A DNA stretch of 64,000 nt from Chiloscyllium plagiosum (GCF_004010195.1 NC_057739.1:45606229-45670228); one strand, 5' to 3'. Numbered from the stretch's first letter, positions 12,769-25,393 are shown. Made by a program: numbers and translations. The notes: a model not told the origin generated them from the letters alone.

Positions 12769-13741
12769 TAAAAAAAACATTGGTCTTACTGGTGGAGGGA
12801 AAGACTGGGAAGGTAGTCTCATGGTCCTTGTTCACAGGGTTTGCTGCAATGATCTTTTTGCAACTCCTCAATCTTTCTTCTCCAGGTACTTAGTTGTTTT
12901 CAGAATGCACAAGGTGATTGGTTCCCATCTTTAGAGATCTCCTACTTTATGAATTCAGCTTACAGCCACTGATGAGAGGAAATAAAGTGGTTATCCTCAG
13001 GCATGAGAAGAACAACTCCTCCTCTTCCAAGGTCCAATGGCTCCACACTTCCAAATTGTTCAGCTATCCAGGAGCAATTCACATAGATGTTAGCAGCCAG
13101 GTCTTTGTCATAACTGGTCACCAATTCACAGACCTTGTTGCTGGTCGAATCTCCATCCTTTCACATCACTTGCCACAGCTCATCTGTAACTAATACAGCA
13201 GTTATGACTCTATTTCTGAGCCAGGAAGCTCAGGTTCAAGTCCCACCTGCTCCAGAAGTGTGTAATGTCATCTCTGATTCCAAATTGAATAAAGAATCTG
13301 TTGATTCCAAAACATTTGTAATACACCCTGTCCCTATAAAGACGAGCATATGGACAGTAGAAAGGCTTGATTGTGTCCCTAACCTCATGTTGTATCTGTC
13401 CTGGCACTGTTTGATGGGGACACTATAAAAGGATCTTTATTCTGTATCTAACCCTGTGCTGTAAATTTTCTTCATTAATTCTTGGAATGCTTGTGCCACT
13501 GGAAAGGGCAGCATTTATTGTCCACCCTTAATTGTTTCTGAGGAGATGGTAGAGAGCCACCTTCTTGAATCATTGCTGTCTATCTGTTATATCTATATCC
13601 ACAGTGCAGCTGGGGAAGGAGTTCCGAGATTGCTTTGACAGTGTGCTGGAGTCATGAACTTAATGGCCTTGGGTTCATTTCAATGTATGAAGGTGTTTAT
13701 TCTCAGAAATCTTTAAGATTATTTTAATTTCCTTCCTAAAG

Positions 13742-13870
13742 AAGCAGCTAGGATACTGATTGGGAAAGCCAAGGGGATTCAGGAAATCATGACCGTCCTG
13801 AGAATTTACATGGACAACAGTCACGTCTGCATTCCCTGCTGTGGTGCTCTGTGGAGTCTCGTGGTCACCA
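13742..13870 (+). CDS. STKLD1: STKLD1-like internal coding exon (EAARILIGKAKGIQEIMTVLRIYMDNSHVCIPCCGALWSLVVT)
   Basis: ttcctaaag acceptor and a|gtaagt donor, 129 nt, phase 1/1. Contains the ARM-like CGALWSL helix. Confidence 0.85.
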
Positions 13871-14314
13871 GTAAGTATCAGGCTATCCACCCAATTACTA
13901 ACCAGTGCTTATGATAGGACGGCAAAGCTTGGTAAACCCAAGTGAGAAAGGAGTGCAAAACTATGCTGAAACTGAAACAAAGGCGGGTGGAAGACAATGT
14001 TGACCTGGTGGACTAAGCAGCCTGTTCCTGTGGTGAAAATTCTGTGACATATGTAGGTTTGGAAGGAACAAGTGACCATATTTCCAAAGCTCCCTCCAGG
14101 AACCGGAAGAGGCCATTCAACACCTTAAACCCATTCTGCCATTTAATTAGATCATAACTAATCTGTATCTCAACTCCCATTACTGGTTTGTGGGTCACTA
14201 AGATTCTTAGGGCTCTGAATAGTCAGGTGGTTATCAGGTGGGAGATGTTGTTGTCATGGTAATATCGCTGGATTAATTACCTAGAGACTCAGGCCAATCC
14301 TGTTAGTATTGTTC

Positions 14315-14730
14315 AGGGTGTAGGTTTGCTCGCTGAGCTGTAGGTTTGATATCCAGACGTTTCATTACCTGGCTAGGTAACATCATCAGTGGTGACCTCC
14401 AAGTGAAGCGAAGCTGTTGTCTCCTGCTTTCTATTTATATCTTTCTCCTGGATGGGGTTCCTGGGGTTTGTGATGATGTCATTTCCTGTTCGTTTTCTAA
14501 GGGGTTGATAGATGGCATCTAGATCTGTGTGTTTGTTTATGACGTTGTGGTTGGAGTGCCAGGCCTCTAGGAATTCTCTGGCATGTCTTTGCTTAGCCTG
14601 TCCCAGGATAGATGTGTTGTCCCAGTCGAAATGGTGGTTTTTTTCATCCGTGTGTAGGGCTACGAGGGAGAGGGTCGTGTCTTTTTGGGTCTAGCTGGTG
14701 TTTGTGTATCCTGGTGGCTAACTTTCTTCA
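14315..14730 (-). mobile_element. Penelope-like element 3' fragment (GIY-YIG C-terminus plus terminal repeat)
   Basis: Minus strand encodes HHFDWDNTSILGQAKQRHAREFLEAWHS, followed by the terminal repeat shared with 48676-48804. Confidence 0.85.
14353..14392 (-). ncRNA. Minimal type I hammerhead ribozyme motif
   Basis: Minus strand reads CCA-CTGATGA-T-GTTACCT(agcc)AGGTAAT-GAAA-CG-TC-TGG: conserved core, stem II, stem I CCA/TGG and a GUC cleavage triplet. Confidence 0.75.
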
Positions 14731-15636
14731 TCATCCATGTGTTTAACCAAGGATTATTTAAATCTCCCTAATGTGGCTGAGTTAACTACATTGGCAGGCA
14801 GAGTATTCCACGCCCTTACCACTCTTTGAGTAAATCAAGTGTTGTTGATAAAGACCACAAAGAGAAACTTTATGTATTGCAGAAGCTAAAATATATCATC
14901 CTATCCCTGTGCCCCAAACTCAAAAACAAAAATTTAATTTACATTTACAAGATTCTTTCATGATTTGATTTTTGTTCCAGTATTGCTTTAAGGGCTAGTT
15001 CTTTACTTAATTTCAGTGTTTCAAAAGAGAGATATCTGGAACACTGGGTTAGATATTAGTAATGATGCATTCTATAAATAAATCTAACATTAGGCAAATG
15101 TTTGGATTCTTGTTTCCTACATCAGCAACTTTCTTCAGAATGAATTAATTACAACACACTAGGGAGAGCATCCTGTTCAGCTTCAAAATATATTTCAGGT
15201 ATTTTATGTTCATCTGAAGAAAGATGGGACCTCTTGCATTCTAGTGCTTCCTTATAAGAATGTACAACTTAGTGAAGGCCATTCAGCACTTTTGACCCTA
15301 TCTCAGCATTAAATGAGATCAAGGTTATCATGCAACCTAACTCCATATTCCTGACACTGTCCCTTAATAACTTTGGGTAACAGAAGTTTATTGATCTTAT
15401 ATTGAAAATTAACAAAAGTCAGCTTCTAACTCGTCAGCTAAATATAACGAGCTTGTATCTCTGGAGGAGTTGAACTTATGAATCAGAAATGAGAGTAATT
15501 CCCACTGAGCCATTGCTGACACTCTATCAGGAGAGAATTGGGGCACAGCTGCAGCCCAAGCACAGATCTTGAACAGACAGAGCGTGTCTGGGAGAAGTCT
15601 AGTGTCTAACTTTGAATTCTTGGTGCCCCTCTGTAG

Positions 15637-15765
15637 ATGAAAATGCACAAATCGCAAGGACTGAAAATATGCTGCAGACTATTCTGCAGGTCCTGGAGAA
15701 ACACATCCAGAATGGTGACGTGGTGGAGTCAGCCAGTGCAGCACTGTGGGTCCTGTCCTTACAGG
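15637..15765 (+). CDS. STKLD1: STKLD1-like internal coding exon (NENAQIARTENMLQTILQVLEKHIQNGDVVESASAALWVLSLQ)
   Basis: ctctgtag acceptor and g|gtgagt donor, 129 nt, phase 1/1. Confidence 0.85.
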
Positions 15766-16445
15766 GTGAGTCTGGGGAACTAGTCACAATGAGGCATGTA
15801 CATATACATAACAAACATAAACTAGCACATACTACAGAATAGAAAGCCATATTGACATCCACAACACATGACACGCCTTTGCACAGCATGTAGCCAAACT
15901 CTGTCTCAATCCATGTGTGCAGAGTTTCTGCATGTCTTAGTCCACGTATGCGCAAAACTTTGTCTGGGTGCTCATATGCATTGTGTGTTTCAGTAGATGA
16001 ATGCAGATACCCCTTGCATATTCCAGTCATGTTCATGTCTCCACTGTGTCCCAGTCCACATGTGAATGTACCCCGTTTATGTGTGCATATACCCAGTCCA
16101 CATGCACATACGAGCTGCAAGAGGAAGTGATAAGTACGGGTCCAGTTACATCATTTGGACAGGTATATAAATAAGAAAGTTTAGAGTGATACAAGCCAAA
16201 CACAGGTAAGTTTAGTTTGGGAAAACTGGTTGGTATAGACAGGTTGGTCTGTTTCAGTGCTACATGATTCTATGACATATCCACTGCGTGTCCCATTCTG
16301 CTTGCACATAGTCACCACAAGTCACATACCATGTGCACATATATGCCAAGTGTCAAATCTACACATTCCATCTTCACTTCTAACCAGTCTGCATAACTTG
16401 ATAGTTAATTATTTGAACACTTATATGCTCATGTTCTCTTCTTAG

Positions 16446-16574
16446 AGCCCTTAAATGATGAGCAATTGGAGGATATCACCCTGCTGTTAATTGAAGCTCT
16501 TGACCTCCACCTGCGAAAAGAAATCATTGTGAAAAATATCTGCTTCGCTCTGTCTAGCTTAATTCGATTGTCAG
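16446..16574 (+). CDS. STKLD1: STKLD1-like internal coding exon (EPLNDEQLEDITLLLIEALDLHLRKEIIVKNICFALSSLIRLS)
   Basis: ttctcttcttag acceptor and g|gtaagt donor, 129 nt, phase 1/1. Confidence 0.85.
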
Positions 16575-17159
16575 GTAAGTGTTAAAGAGCAGCTCTTAAT
16601 TGTGACCAATAGTGGGTGATTCAGTGGTGGTAATATTATTGAAAATCAAAGAGAAATTATTAGATTTTCTCTTGTTGGAGGTGATCATCCCCTGCCACAT
16701 CTTTGTGCAAATGTTACTCATTACTTATCAAGCTACACTGACCGTTATCCAGGTCATGGGCAAGGACTGCTTCAGCATCTGAAAAATAGAACTGAACACT
16801 GTCGTCATCAAGAACATTCCCACTTCTGACAAACAAAGGAGATAAAGGACAGCTCTTCAACCAAACAGTTACATTGTAGTTAATCTGTTGAAAACACCAA
16901 TAAAATGTCAAGGCCCTCACTCCAGGAATCACAAGTTTGGAAAGTGTAGGAGAGAAAACAATCATAAATCAGAACACAACAAAAGAGTTTTGACATCCTG
17001 AAGATCAAGAGGAAGAAAAAGTGAGGGCACAATGAGGGCAGAGTGAGAGAAGGAACAAGACATTGTGCTGAGCCTTGATTTACAATGGGAGGTTTGGGTA
17101 AAGAATCAGACTGTTCCTGTCTCCTCTAAACTAACCAGCCGATATCCTCTCCCTCTCAG

Positions 17160-17300
17160 AGCTCGTGGCATTCCGGATCCTGGTGCCAGAAGACCATCTG
17201 GATGGATTGGCTCTGATCGTTCAGAGTTACCACATCCATTTCACTGACCCAGAGGTGGTGCATGATATATGCATGGTGTTTCAGGAAATGGTGCAGTACA
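17160..17300 (+). CDS. STKLD1: STKLD1-like internal coding exon (ELVAFRILVPEDHLDGLALIVQSYHIHFTDPEVVHDICMVFQEMVQY)
   Basis: ctccctctcag acceptor and a|gtaagt donor, 141 nt, phase 1/1. Confidence 0.85.
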
Positions 17301-17457
17301 GTAAGTTCACATTTGCTGGTTGTGGAGGGCAATGTGGTGAAAGGGGAAAATTAGGTAGGGAAGGGAGGGGGAGATGGGTTTAGGAGGTGTGTGGCATGGA
17401 AGCTACAGAAGCAGGTTTTTTAATCAATAAAGCTAATCCCTGTTGGTGTTGTTTCAG

Positions 17458-17537
17458 AGGACGTGGTGCCTGAACTGATCTCTCAGAAACTAGATGTAAC
17501 ACTGAATGCGATCAAAGTCAAATTCGCTTCAAACGAG
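17458..17537 (+). CDS. STKLD1: STKLD1-like penultimate coding exon (KDVVPELISQKLDVTLNAIKVKFASNE)
   Basis: tgtttcag acceptor and gag|gtgagt donor, 80 nt, phase 1/0. Confidence 0.82.
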
Positions 17538-17866
17538 GTGAGTGTAAAATCTCGCGCAGCTCCTTGAATTGCATAGTCCAGACCAGACACAGAAACAGAA
17601 CTAAAGCTCAAGGTTAAACTGGAACATGCTGCCTAAAAGGGGAGTAGAAGCAGATTTAATGGAAAATTTCAAAAGGAACTTGGGAGTAATACTCGAAAAG
17701 GAGAAATTGCCAGACTTTGGGTAAGAGGATGGCTGAGGCAAATCGAATAATTGAATAGATCTTTTCATGAGCTGGTGCGCAGGGTGATAGTAAAGTGAAA
17801 AGTGTTAAATTCAGGGCAAAGTAAAAACTTTAAAAAACTGTGAATGCTGTAAATCAGAAATAAAAA

Positions 17867-18036
17867 CAAATTGCTGGAAAAGCTCAGCAGGTCTAGCATA
17901 ATCTGTGAAGAGAAATCAGAGCTAATGTTTTGGGTTCAGTGACCTGAAACCTTATGAGGGTCACCAGACCTGAAACGTTAACTCTGATTTCTCTCCACAG
18001 ATCCTGCTAGACCTGCTGAGCTTTTCTAGCAATTTG
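17867..18036. mobile_element. Older palindromic Penelope-derived mini element (second subfamily)
   Basis: caaattgctggaaaagctcagcaggtctagca... is inverted to ...tgctagacctgctgagcttttctagcaatttg. A decayed gggtc..gacctGAAAcgtt core sits at the centre. Confidence 0.7.
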
Positions 18037-18760
18037 CTTACATTCAGGACACTCGCACACACTGGCATACCTTCAAGTAAGAAATTTAAGGGGTGATTCT
18101 AATGGAGAAGTTTAAGAAAATGAAAGGATTTGATAGGGCGGGTAGGGGGGGTTTATTTCATCTTGTGCAGAATGGGAGAAGGGTAGTGGTGAAAGGAATA
18201 AAAGGAAATCTGGAATTTCTTCCAAATCGCTGGAGAATGGGGACTGAGGCGCAACTGAAATATTCAGAACTGTAAATTGTTTACTGAGCAAAGGGATTAA
18301 GGATACAGGGCAGAAGCAGATGAATGGATTTAAGCACAAAGACAAAAAAAAAGGGGTTGCTGGAAATCCGAAATAAAAAAACCCAAAATATTTGAAAATA
18401 TCAATAGATCAGGTATAATACATGGAGAGAAAGACATTAAGTAAATATGAGTTATGACAAAAGGTTATTGACCTGAATATTAATTCATTTTCTGTCCAGC
18501 AATACTGCCTTTGTGGAGTAATTCTAGTATTACTTATATAATTAAATGAGGTTCATATCAATGATTTACTAGAATGACAGACTTATGGACAGAATGGCTT
18601 CCTGTTATCCCTATATTATCCCAGATTAGCCTGAATTGAGAGGGGCAGTTTCCAGGATAGCTAGCACTTACAATAAGAGAACATTTGAGTCGTGAACCCT
18701 GCAGGGGAGATAGGGAAATAACAAATTAGTCATTTATGGATATTCTCATTCTCCCTTCAG

Positions 18761-18859
18761 GATATTGTCACTGTGCTGGATTCTACACTTTCAAAATTGC
18801 AGGCAGCAGAGACAGGTGCTCAGAATGAAGACAGCAGGAACACGAAGGACTCCGTTTAA
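18761..18859 (+). CDS. STKLD1: STKLD1-like terminal coding exon (DIVTVLDSTLSKLQAAETGAQNEDSRNTKDSV*)
   Basis: ctcccttcag acceptor, phase 0, TAA at 18857-18859, AATAAA starting 18 nt later. Confidence 0.8.
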   Translation, partial: DIVTVLDSTLSKLQAAETGAQNEDSRNTKDSV

Positions 18860-18876
18860 TTTAAAATCATGTTTTT

Positions 18877-18882
18877 AATAAA
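18877..18882 (+). terminator. Candidate polyadenylation signal of STKLD1
   Basis: AATAAA just downstream of the stop codon. Confidence 0.6.
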
Positions 18883-19209
18883 CAGAAGAATGAGTCCTAG
18901 CATGGTCAGTGCAGATGACAGTTTTTCTGCTTCATCGCCAATCTTCAGTCACAGACAGCTGTCAAAGTGCTCTCAATCTCAATAACATAAGCAAGCAGCA
19001 ATTCTACTGCTGCAGGCTCCCGCAACTCAAGCTTCGCGATAATCACACTCCCTCCAAAAGTTCAGAACTCCTGAATCATGTTATTTTTCCCTCAATTCCA
19101 CATCTTTGTTGTGAATGTGTTTCTTTCAGAGCTTCAAGGAAAACCTCCATTCAGAAAGAACTGGGATCCTATCTCACTGCAGAGAGCTGTGATCCTGCCT
19201 GATACTTCC

Positions 19210-19420
19210 AGTGACAGAACCGACGGAGCTCTGCACCATCTGAGGGTCAGTTCTAAGGGAGTGCCGTATTGTTTGAGGGTCAGTACTGAGGGAGCACTGC
19301 ACTGTCTAAGGGACAATACTTAGGAAACGTCACATTGTCAAAGGCTCAGCACTGAGGAAACATCAGACTTTCAGAGAATCATTATTGAGGGAGCACTGTG
19401 CCACAGATGGAACATTAGAT
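19210..19420 (+). repeat. Degenerate tandem array of the ~33-bp cagtactgagggagcactgcactgtc.gaggg unit
   Basis: About 6 diverged copies. Reverse complement of the unit at 44990-45225. Confidence 0.6.
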
Positions 19421-20661
19421 TTGGGAACTATTTGCTCCCATTGGTGCTAATCAAAGTAGTTCAGGTAATTCTCAGTGTGGTGGGCCATAATTTATTCCTC
19501 AAAAGATATGATCAGTAATATAACAACTGAATCAAATTGACTACAATGTTTCTGCATTACAACAGTAATTACACTGAAAAAATGCTTGAACAATGATGAA
19601 ACCTTTTTGGATTTCCCAGGATTGTGAAAGTCACTGGAGAAATACACATTTACTATTTGCATGATCACAACCAACACAAGAGCAGCATTCTTCACTGCAG
19701 CTGCTGGAAATTGTGAATCAAAACTGCAAATACTCCAGAGGTCAGGTAGCATCCCAGTTAATGGTCTCTTGTCAATGATAGATATAAAATCACAATAATA
19801 AACTCAGAGAATATCCCCACTCGGTGCTTTTCTCATTGGAGTGAAGAAGAGTGACAGACAACTTGTTAGAGGTGTACAAGATGATAAAAGGGAATACTCA
19901 AGACTTTTCCCCAGGGTGGAAATGGCTATCACGAAGGGGCATAATTTTAAGGTGATTGGAGGAAGGTTTAGGGGAGATATCAGAGGTAGGTTCTTTACAC
20001 AAAAAGATTGGTGGGGGTGTGGAATGCACTGACAGCGACTCCTGAATAGGCACATGGATAATAGTAAAATGAAGGGTATGTAGGTTAGTTTGATCTTAAA
20101 ATAGGATAAAAGGTCGGCACAACATTGAGAGCCAATAGGCCTGTACTGTGTGGTACTGTCCAGCTACAGTCTTAAAAATGGGTGCAGTTGTTAGAGAACT
20201 ACTCAGAGCATCTCAATACTGTTGGCTCGATACCTGCTTCTCTCTCAGCCACAGGGCCAAGGCTGAAGTACGGCAACCAATGACTATAATTTTCTTACAT
20301 TTATTGACTGGATTGGGCATCACTAACAAAGCCACTACTTATTGCCTGTAGCAGGGTGGTGGAGGTAATCCCCTAGTTGAAATGGCTGTATCCCGAAAGT
20401 GTAGGTAAACCCAGTGTTGTTACAAAAGGAGCTCCAAACCCTCCTTCAGCAACACTGAAGGACCAGTGATATGTTTCTGAGTCAGAATGGCCAAATCCAG
20501 TCATTGTTATGGAGTTATTTTGCACGGAAAGACTCTTTGGTCCGTCTGGTCCATGCTGACCAGATACCAGAAACTGATCTAGTCCCATTTGCCAGCATTT
20601 GACTCATCCCTCTAAACCCTTTGCACACGATAGCTAATTTAACATGGCTAATCCACCTAAT

Positions 20662-20781
20662 TTTTGCAAGGTTTGTAGCTCAGGTTGAGGTTTAGGGTCT
20701 AGGTTCGCTCACTGAGCTGTAGGTTTGATATCCAACCTATGGATATCAAACCTACAGCTCAGCAAGCAAACCTACACCCTA
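20662..20781. mobile_element. Palindromic Penelope terminal-repeat insertion inside a decayed HE1 SINE
   Basis: ctgagctgtaggtttgatatcca / tggatatcaaacctacagctcag inverted arms. 12-bp TSD aatccacctaat (20650-20661 / 20782-20793). Confidence 0.8.
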
Positions 20782-21557
20782 AATCCACCTAATCTATGCG
20801 TGTTTGATGAGTGGCTGGAAACCTACACAGACACAGGGACAATGTACAAACTCCACAGTCACCCAAAGTTGCAAGTGAACCTATTATAAGGCAGCAATGC
20901 TAACCTCTGAGTCACCATGCCACCCATGTCAGAGAATCTGTTTACAACACTGACCTTTTTCCTGTTAAACACATCTTGATTCAAGCTCATTTGGATTGAA
21001 GCAGCTAGGGCGAGTCCCACTGGGTCCATAAAAATATCAAGTGAAGTATATTCTAAATCTGTTCCAGAGGAGTGTAGGTAGAGTTAAAATCATCCCCTTT
21101 ATTCATCACCAGTTCATTTATTTCGCCAGAGAAGGCAATGGGAAAATCTCCGTGCTACTTGGTATCAGCCCTTTTAAGTGAAGCAAAGGAGTGGGACAGG
21201 TCGACTCAACTTCCTGACCATCCTGTTTATATTCACCACTGCATGCCATTAAATTATTAATTTCTTGGTACATCCAGTTTGATTTTCATGGCTGTGAAGA
21301 TTTGAAAACAGCTGTCCACAGTGGATAAATCAGAATCCAGAACACAATCTATTAGTATGAGTGACTGAAGAGAAATATAGAATTTAATCAGAATAAAAGC
21401 GAGCGATTGTGGCTGCTGTGTCGATGGAGCTTCACTCCACATCTAACTCCGTGCTGTCCCTGTACTGGGAGTGTTTGAAGTTCACTCTGTGTATGGAAGA
21501 TATTCTGTTCTTCTGATCACTGATTTAGTTCATATTCAGTGATAATTCTAGAGACAT

Positions 21558-21563
21558 TTTATT
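21558..21563 (-). terminator. Candidate polyadenylation signal of REXO4
   Basis: First AATAAA seen on the minus strand, about 330 nt after the REXO4 stop. Confidence 0.5.
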
Positions 21564-21889
21564 TTTGTAGATCATCAGAGCTAGAACAACAAGAAAAGTA
21601 CACATCTTACAAGTTAAAACTCAAGCAAGAAGAAAAGTAAACAAATTCAGTCCAAGTTCTGTTACAGGATTGATTACTGTACGATATCACCCAGATGCCA
21701 TGTTACCAGTGAATAATCAGCCTGCTGAACATTAGCTACTGAGCTACAATACTCAACTGACGGCAGTAACAGCAAAAATACAAGTGCCACCTCACACCAG
21801 AGTCTTCATCTGTAATGTTGGTGAGAGGGCAGACCTTTCACAGATCACCCGGTTTTGGGTGGATGGGAAGCATCACTGTTCACTCAGTA

Positions 21890-22042
21890 TCACTTTCTGA
21901 CAAGTTTCTTACATTTAGCTTCAAGGTTTGGTTTCTCCACCTTCACCACTTGTTTCTTTGTTCTGTACTTTGCCTTCACCTCAGCTTCCCACTTCTGCCT
22001 CACCAGTGTATAAAGTCTCATTGTTGCCTGTGCATCCTGTAC
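21890..22042 (-). CDS. REXO4: REXO4 terminal coding exon (VQDAQATMRLYTLVRQKWEAEVKAK...LVRK*)
   Basis: ctatag acceptor, phase 0. Carries the ExoIII aspartate (VQDAQATMRLY). TGA at 21892-21890. Confidence 0.93.
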   Translation of the reverse strand, partial: VQDAQATMRLYTLVRQKWEAEVKAKYRTKKQVVKVEKPNLEAKCKKLVRK

Positions 22043-22336
22043 CTATAGAGCAAGAACAAAGGAAAGAAAACACAGTTAGGTGGGTAGTGGTGCCAAGCCT
22101 GGTTTGTTCAAACTGATGTACAAATCTCATTTTCACTTGCCTCTTGCTGGGCACAGGTTCTACCAGTGCAGACTCTCCTTCAGTTTAACAAAACAGCCAC
22201 CATGCCAGGGGATGCATCAGCATTAGATTTTCTGTCCTCATCGCACATAGATCACAAGCAGCAAGTCTGGCTGAGAACCTCTCCACGTTCATGCCCAGAT
22301 ATGATCAGCACCAACAAGCAGCTCAGCAGTCAGAAG

Positions 22337-22690
22337 TCAGCGTGTGTGGGACTGTACCCCAGTGAGAGTCAGTGTGTGTGGGAGCTGTACCCCAGTGAGA
22401 GTTAGTGTGTGTGGGAGCTGTACCACAGTGAGAGTCAGTGTGTGTGGGAGCTGTACCCCAGTGAGAGTTAGTGTGTGTGGGAGCTGCACCCCAGTGAGAG
22501 TCAGTGCATGTGGGAGCTGTACCCCAGTGAGAGTCAGTGCGTGTGGGACTGTACCCCAGTGAGAGTCAGTGTGTGTGGGAGCTGTACCACAGTGAGAGTC
22601 AGCGTGTGTGGGAGACGTACCCGTGAGAGTCAGTGTGTGTGGGAACCGCACCCCAGTGAGAGTGGGTGTGTGTGGGACTGCGACCCACTT
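22337..22690. repeat. 33-bp minisatellite, about 10 copies (same unit as 3735-4040)
   Basis: Tandem gtgtgtgtgggagctgtaccccagtgagagtca units. Confidence 0.95.
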
Positions 22691-22699
22691 AAGGCAGTA

Positions 22700-23810
22700 G
22701 AGAACATAAAGATGACAAGGAGGCAACTTATATGATCAGGAGAGACCCTTTGGCCCATCAAGTCCATACTACCGAAAATATGTCACTACTTACACTCGTC
22801 CCACTTTCCCACACTAGACCCAAAGCTTTGAATGTTCAAGCACTTTTTAAAAGATTGAGGTTTCCCATCTCAACTCACGTCCCAGGCAAGGCATTCCAGG
22901 CCCCACCACCCTCTGGGTGAAGTGTTTCCTCAACCTCCTGCCTTGCACTTTAAGATTATGCTGCTTGTTATTGACCCTTCAGGCAAGGGGAACAACCGAT
23001 TTCTATTCACCCTGTTTATGCCTCTCAATTGTATATACCTCTATCAAGTTCACCCTCAATCTTCTCTGCTCAAAAGAAAACAGCCTGAGCTTATCCAGCC
23101 TCCCCTTGTTGCTGCAATGCTCCACTCCAGACAACATCCTGGCGAAATCGCCTCTGCACCCCATCCAGTGTAATCACATCCATCCTGTAGTGCGGTGACC
23201 AGAACTGCACACAGTACTCTAGTAGTGGCCTAACCAAAGTGCTGTACAACTCCAACATAACCTCTCTGCTCTTGTAATCTATGCCATGACTAATAAAGGC
23301 AAGTGTCCTTATTCCTTCTTAACTACTCTATTACTCTGTCCTGCCACCTTGAGGGATCTGTGGACAAGCTCCCTCATATCCCTCTGTTCTACTGAGTTTC
23401 TTAGTGTCTTTGCCATTCCTTGAATACTTCTCTACCTTATTTCTTCCTCCAAAAATACATCACATTTACTAGGATTAAATTACATGCTCCTACCATTGAT
23501 TTGCCTAATCTGTTTATAATTTCCTACAATCTAACACCTACCTCCTCATTGCCAACTGCCCAGTTGTGTCATCTGCAAATTTATCAGCTTTCCCATAGTT
23601 TCACTTTACACGCTGTAAACAGTAAGGGACCCAGTACTGATCACTATGGTAGACCGCAGCACACTGGGCTTCAATCACACAAACAGCCTGCTACCACCAC
23701 CCAATATCTCCTATCACTAAGTCAAATTTAGATTTGTTTTGCCAAGTTTTCCTAAATCTCATGAGCTTTTATTTTCTTTATCAGTTTCCCATGTGGGACC
23801 TTGTCCACTT
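22700..23810 (-). mobile_element. Old CR1 LINE 3' fragment
   Basis: gaccagaactgcacacagtactc (EYCVQFW) and other RT C-terminal remnants on -. Confidence 0.75.
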
Positions 23811-23960
23811 AGTTGAGACAGTTTGATATTTCAAGAGTAAACAAAACCTGACAGCCTATTGGATATTCAGCAGTTCCAATAACAGTCCGAACACAGTGGG
23901 TATAATTGTTGCAGAATTTCTCTATCACAGTGAATGATAAAATTCTCAATGAACACTCAC

Positions 23961-24035
23961 CGAGGAATGTTCGGACTCCTGAACTTTGACCTTTAGGACC
24001 TGACTACACAAATGCTTGAGGGAAGGACGGCCACA
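23961..24035 (-). CDS. REXO4: REXO4 coding exon 7 (CGRPSLKHLCSQVLKVKVQESEHSS)
   Basis: ttttctccgtag acceptor and g|gtgagt donor, 75 nt. Contains the PSLK motif and the catalytic His of DEDDh. Confidence 0.93.
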
Positions 24036-24057
24036 CTACGGAGAAAAAAGAAAACTG

Positions 24058-24140
24058 AATAATTTATAGAAACAAAGGTAATTTATAGAAACAAAAAGGT
24101 AATTTATAGAAACAAAGGTAATGTATAGAAACGAAGGTAA
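24058..24140. repeat. ~19-bp tandem repeat (aatttatagaaacaaaggt)x4
   Basis: Directly visible. Confidence 0.85.
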
Positions 24141-25393
24141 TAAATGGACTGTTTAATATGGTCTGACCTGGAAAAACAGAAAAAATGCTCCCAATCATCC
24201 TTATTCAAACCTGTACAAAAATCATGGGTGCTTAACGGTGCTATTCCTAACAACAAAGTTGTACACTACAAGCAGGGAAGGCTGTGCACTCAATTCATGA
24301 ACCTTTCTTCATAATCTCTATTGTGGAACCTGTAATCAGGTTCCTGAACAACCACACAGTGTGGCTGACCTCACCTTATTACACCAATGAGCTACTATGG
24401 ATGCATTCAGGAGAAAGTTAAAGATTGGTTGGAGTTTTACTTTTGAGGGAGTAAAGAATAGAAGGCCATCCTTCTAATGGGTTTACATAATGAGCAGCTG
24501 GGGCTTATTGTGAATGAACACGTTGGACTGCATGGTCTGTGTCTGTGCTGTGAAGAGGTGGCTGCGCGTGTTATTAATGGCCAAGAATGTTACAAAGCCA
24601 ATGGACTACCCAGGATTTGGACCTAAGGGATAGTTTTGATAGAGTGGTCCTGTTTCTCCCACCTTTGGATTAGTAACCCAGAGACTGAGATTAATGAATG
24701 CTCTGTGGTCCTGGGTTCAAATCCCACAATAAAAGCTGGTGGAATTTAAATTTAATTAACAAATCTGAAATTTAGAAAGGGCTCTTGCGGTATAGTGGTA
24801 GCGTCCATGGCTCTGAGGAAAGAGGCCCGAGTTCACGTCCCACCTGCTCCAGAGGCATGTGATAACATTTCTGAACAGGCTGAATTAAAAGCAAGTCTAA
24901 TGGTGGTCACTTTATGGATTGTTGTAAAAGCCCATCTGCTTTACTGATGCTTCTATGGGAAAGAAATCTGTGTGTGACTCCAGTAATTTTTTTTTAAACA
25001 TATATTCATGGGATGAGGGCATCACTTAGCATTGTCCATTGCTAAGAGGGCAGCTCAGAATCAACCACATTGCTGTGGGTCTGGAGTCACATGTAACGAG
25101 GGCAGATTCCTTCCCTAAAAGAACATTAGGGTGGATTCTGAACTGTTGTCTGAGAAAGAGACACAGTCGAAGGGCAATTAGGGTGGGCAACAAATGGTGG
25201 CCTTGCCAGTGATGCTGACATTCCATGAAAGAATGTGTTAAAAAAGAAAGGTGGCTTGATTCTGTCACTGAGTGACGAAATAAATTTCCAATCAGGTGAC
25301 AGGCACATTTAACAACCAACAACAGTGCTGCTTCACTCTGATCATGTTCAATAAGCAGTTGTGATAGACAAATTCAAACGTCACTTTACTTAC

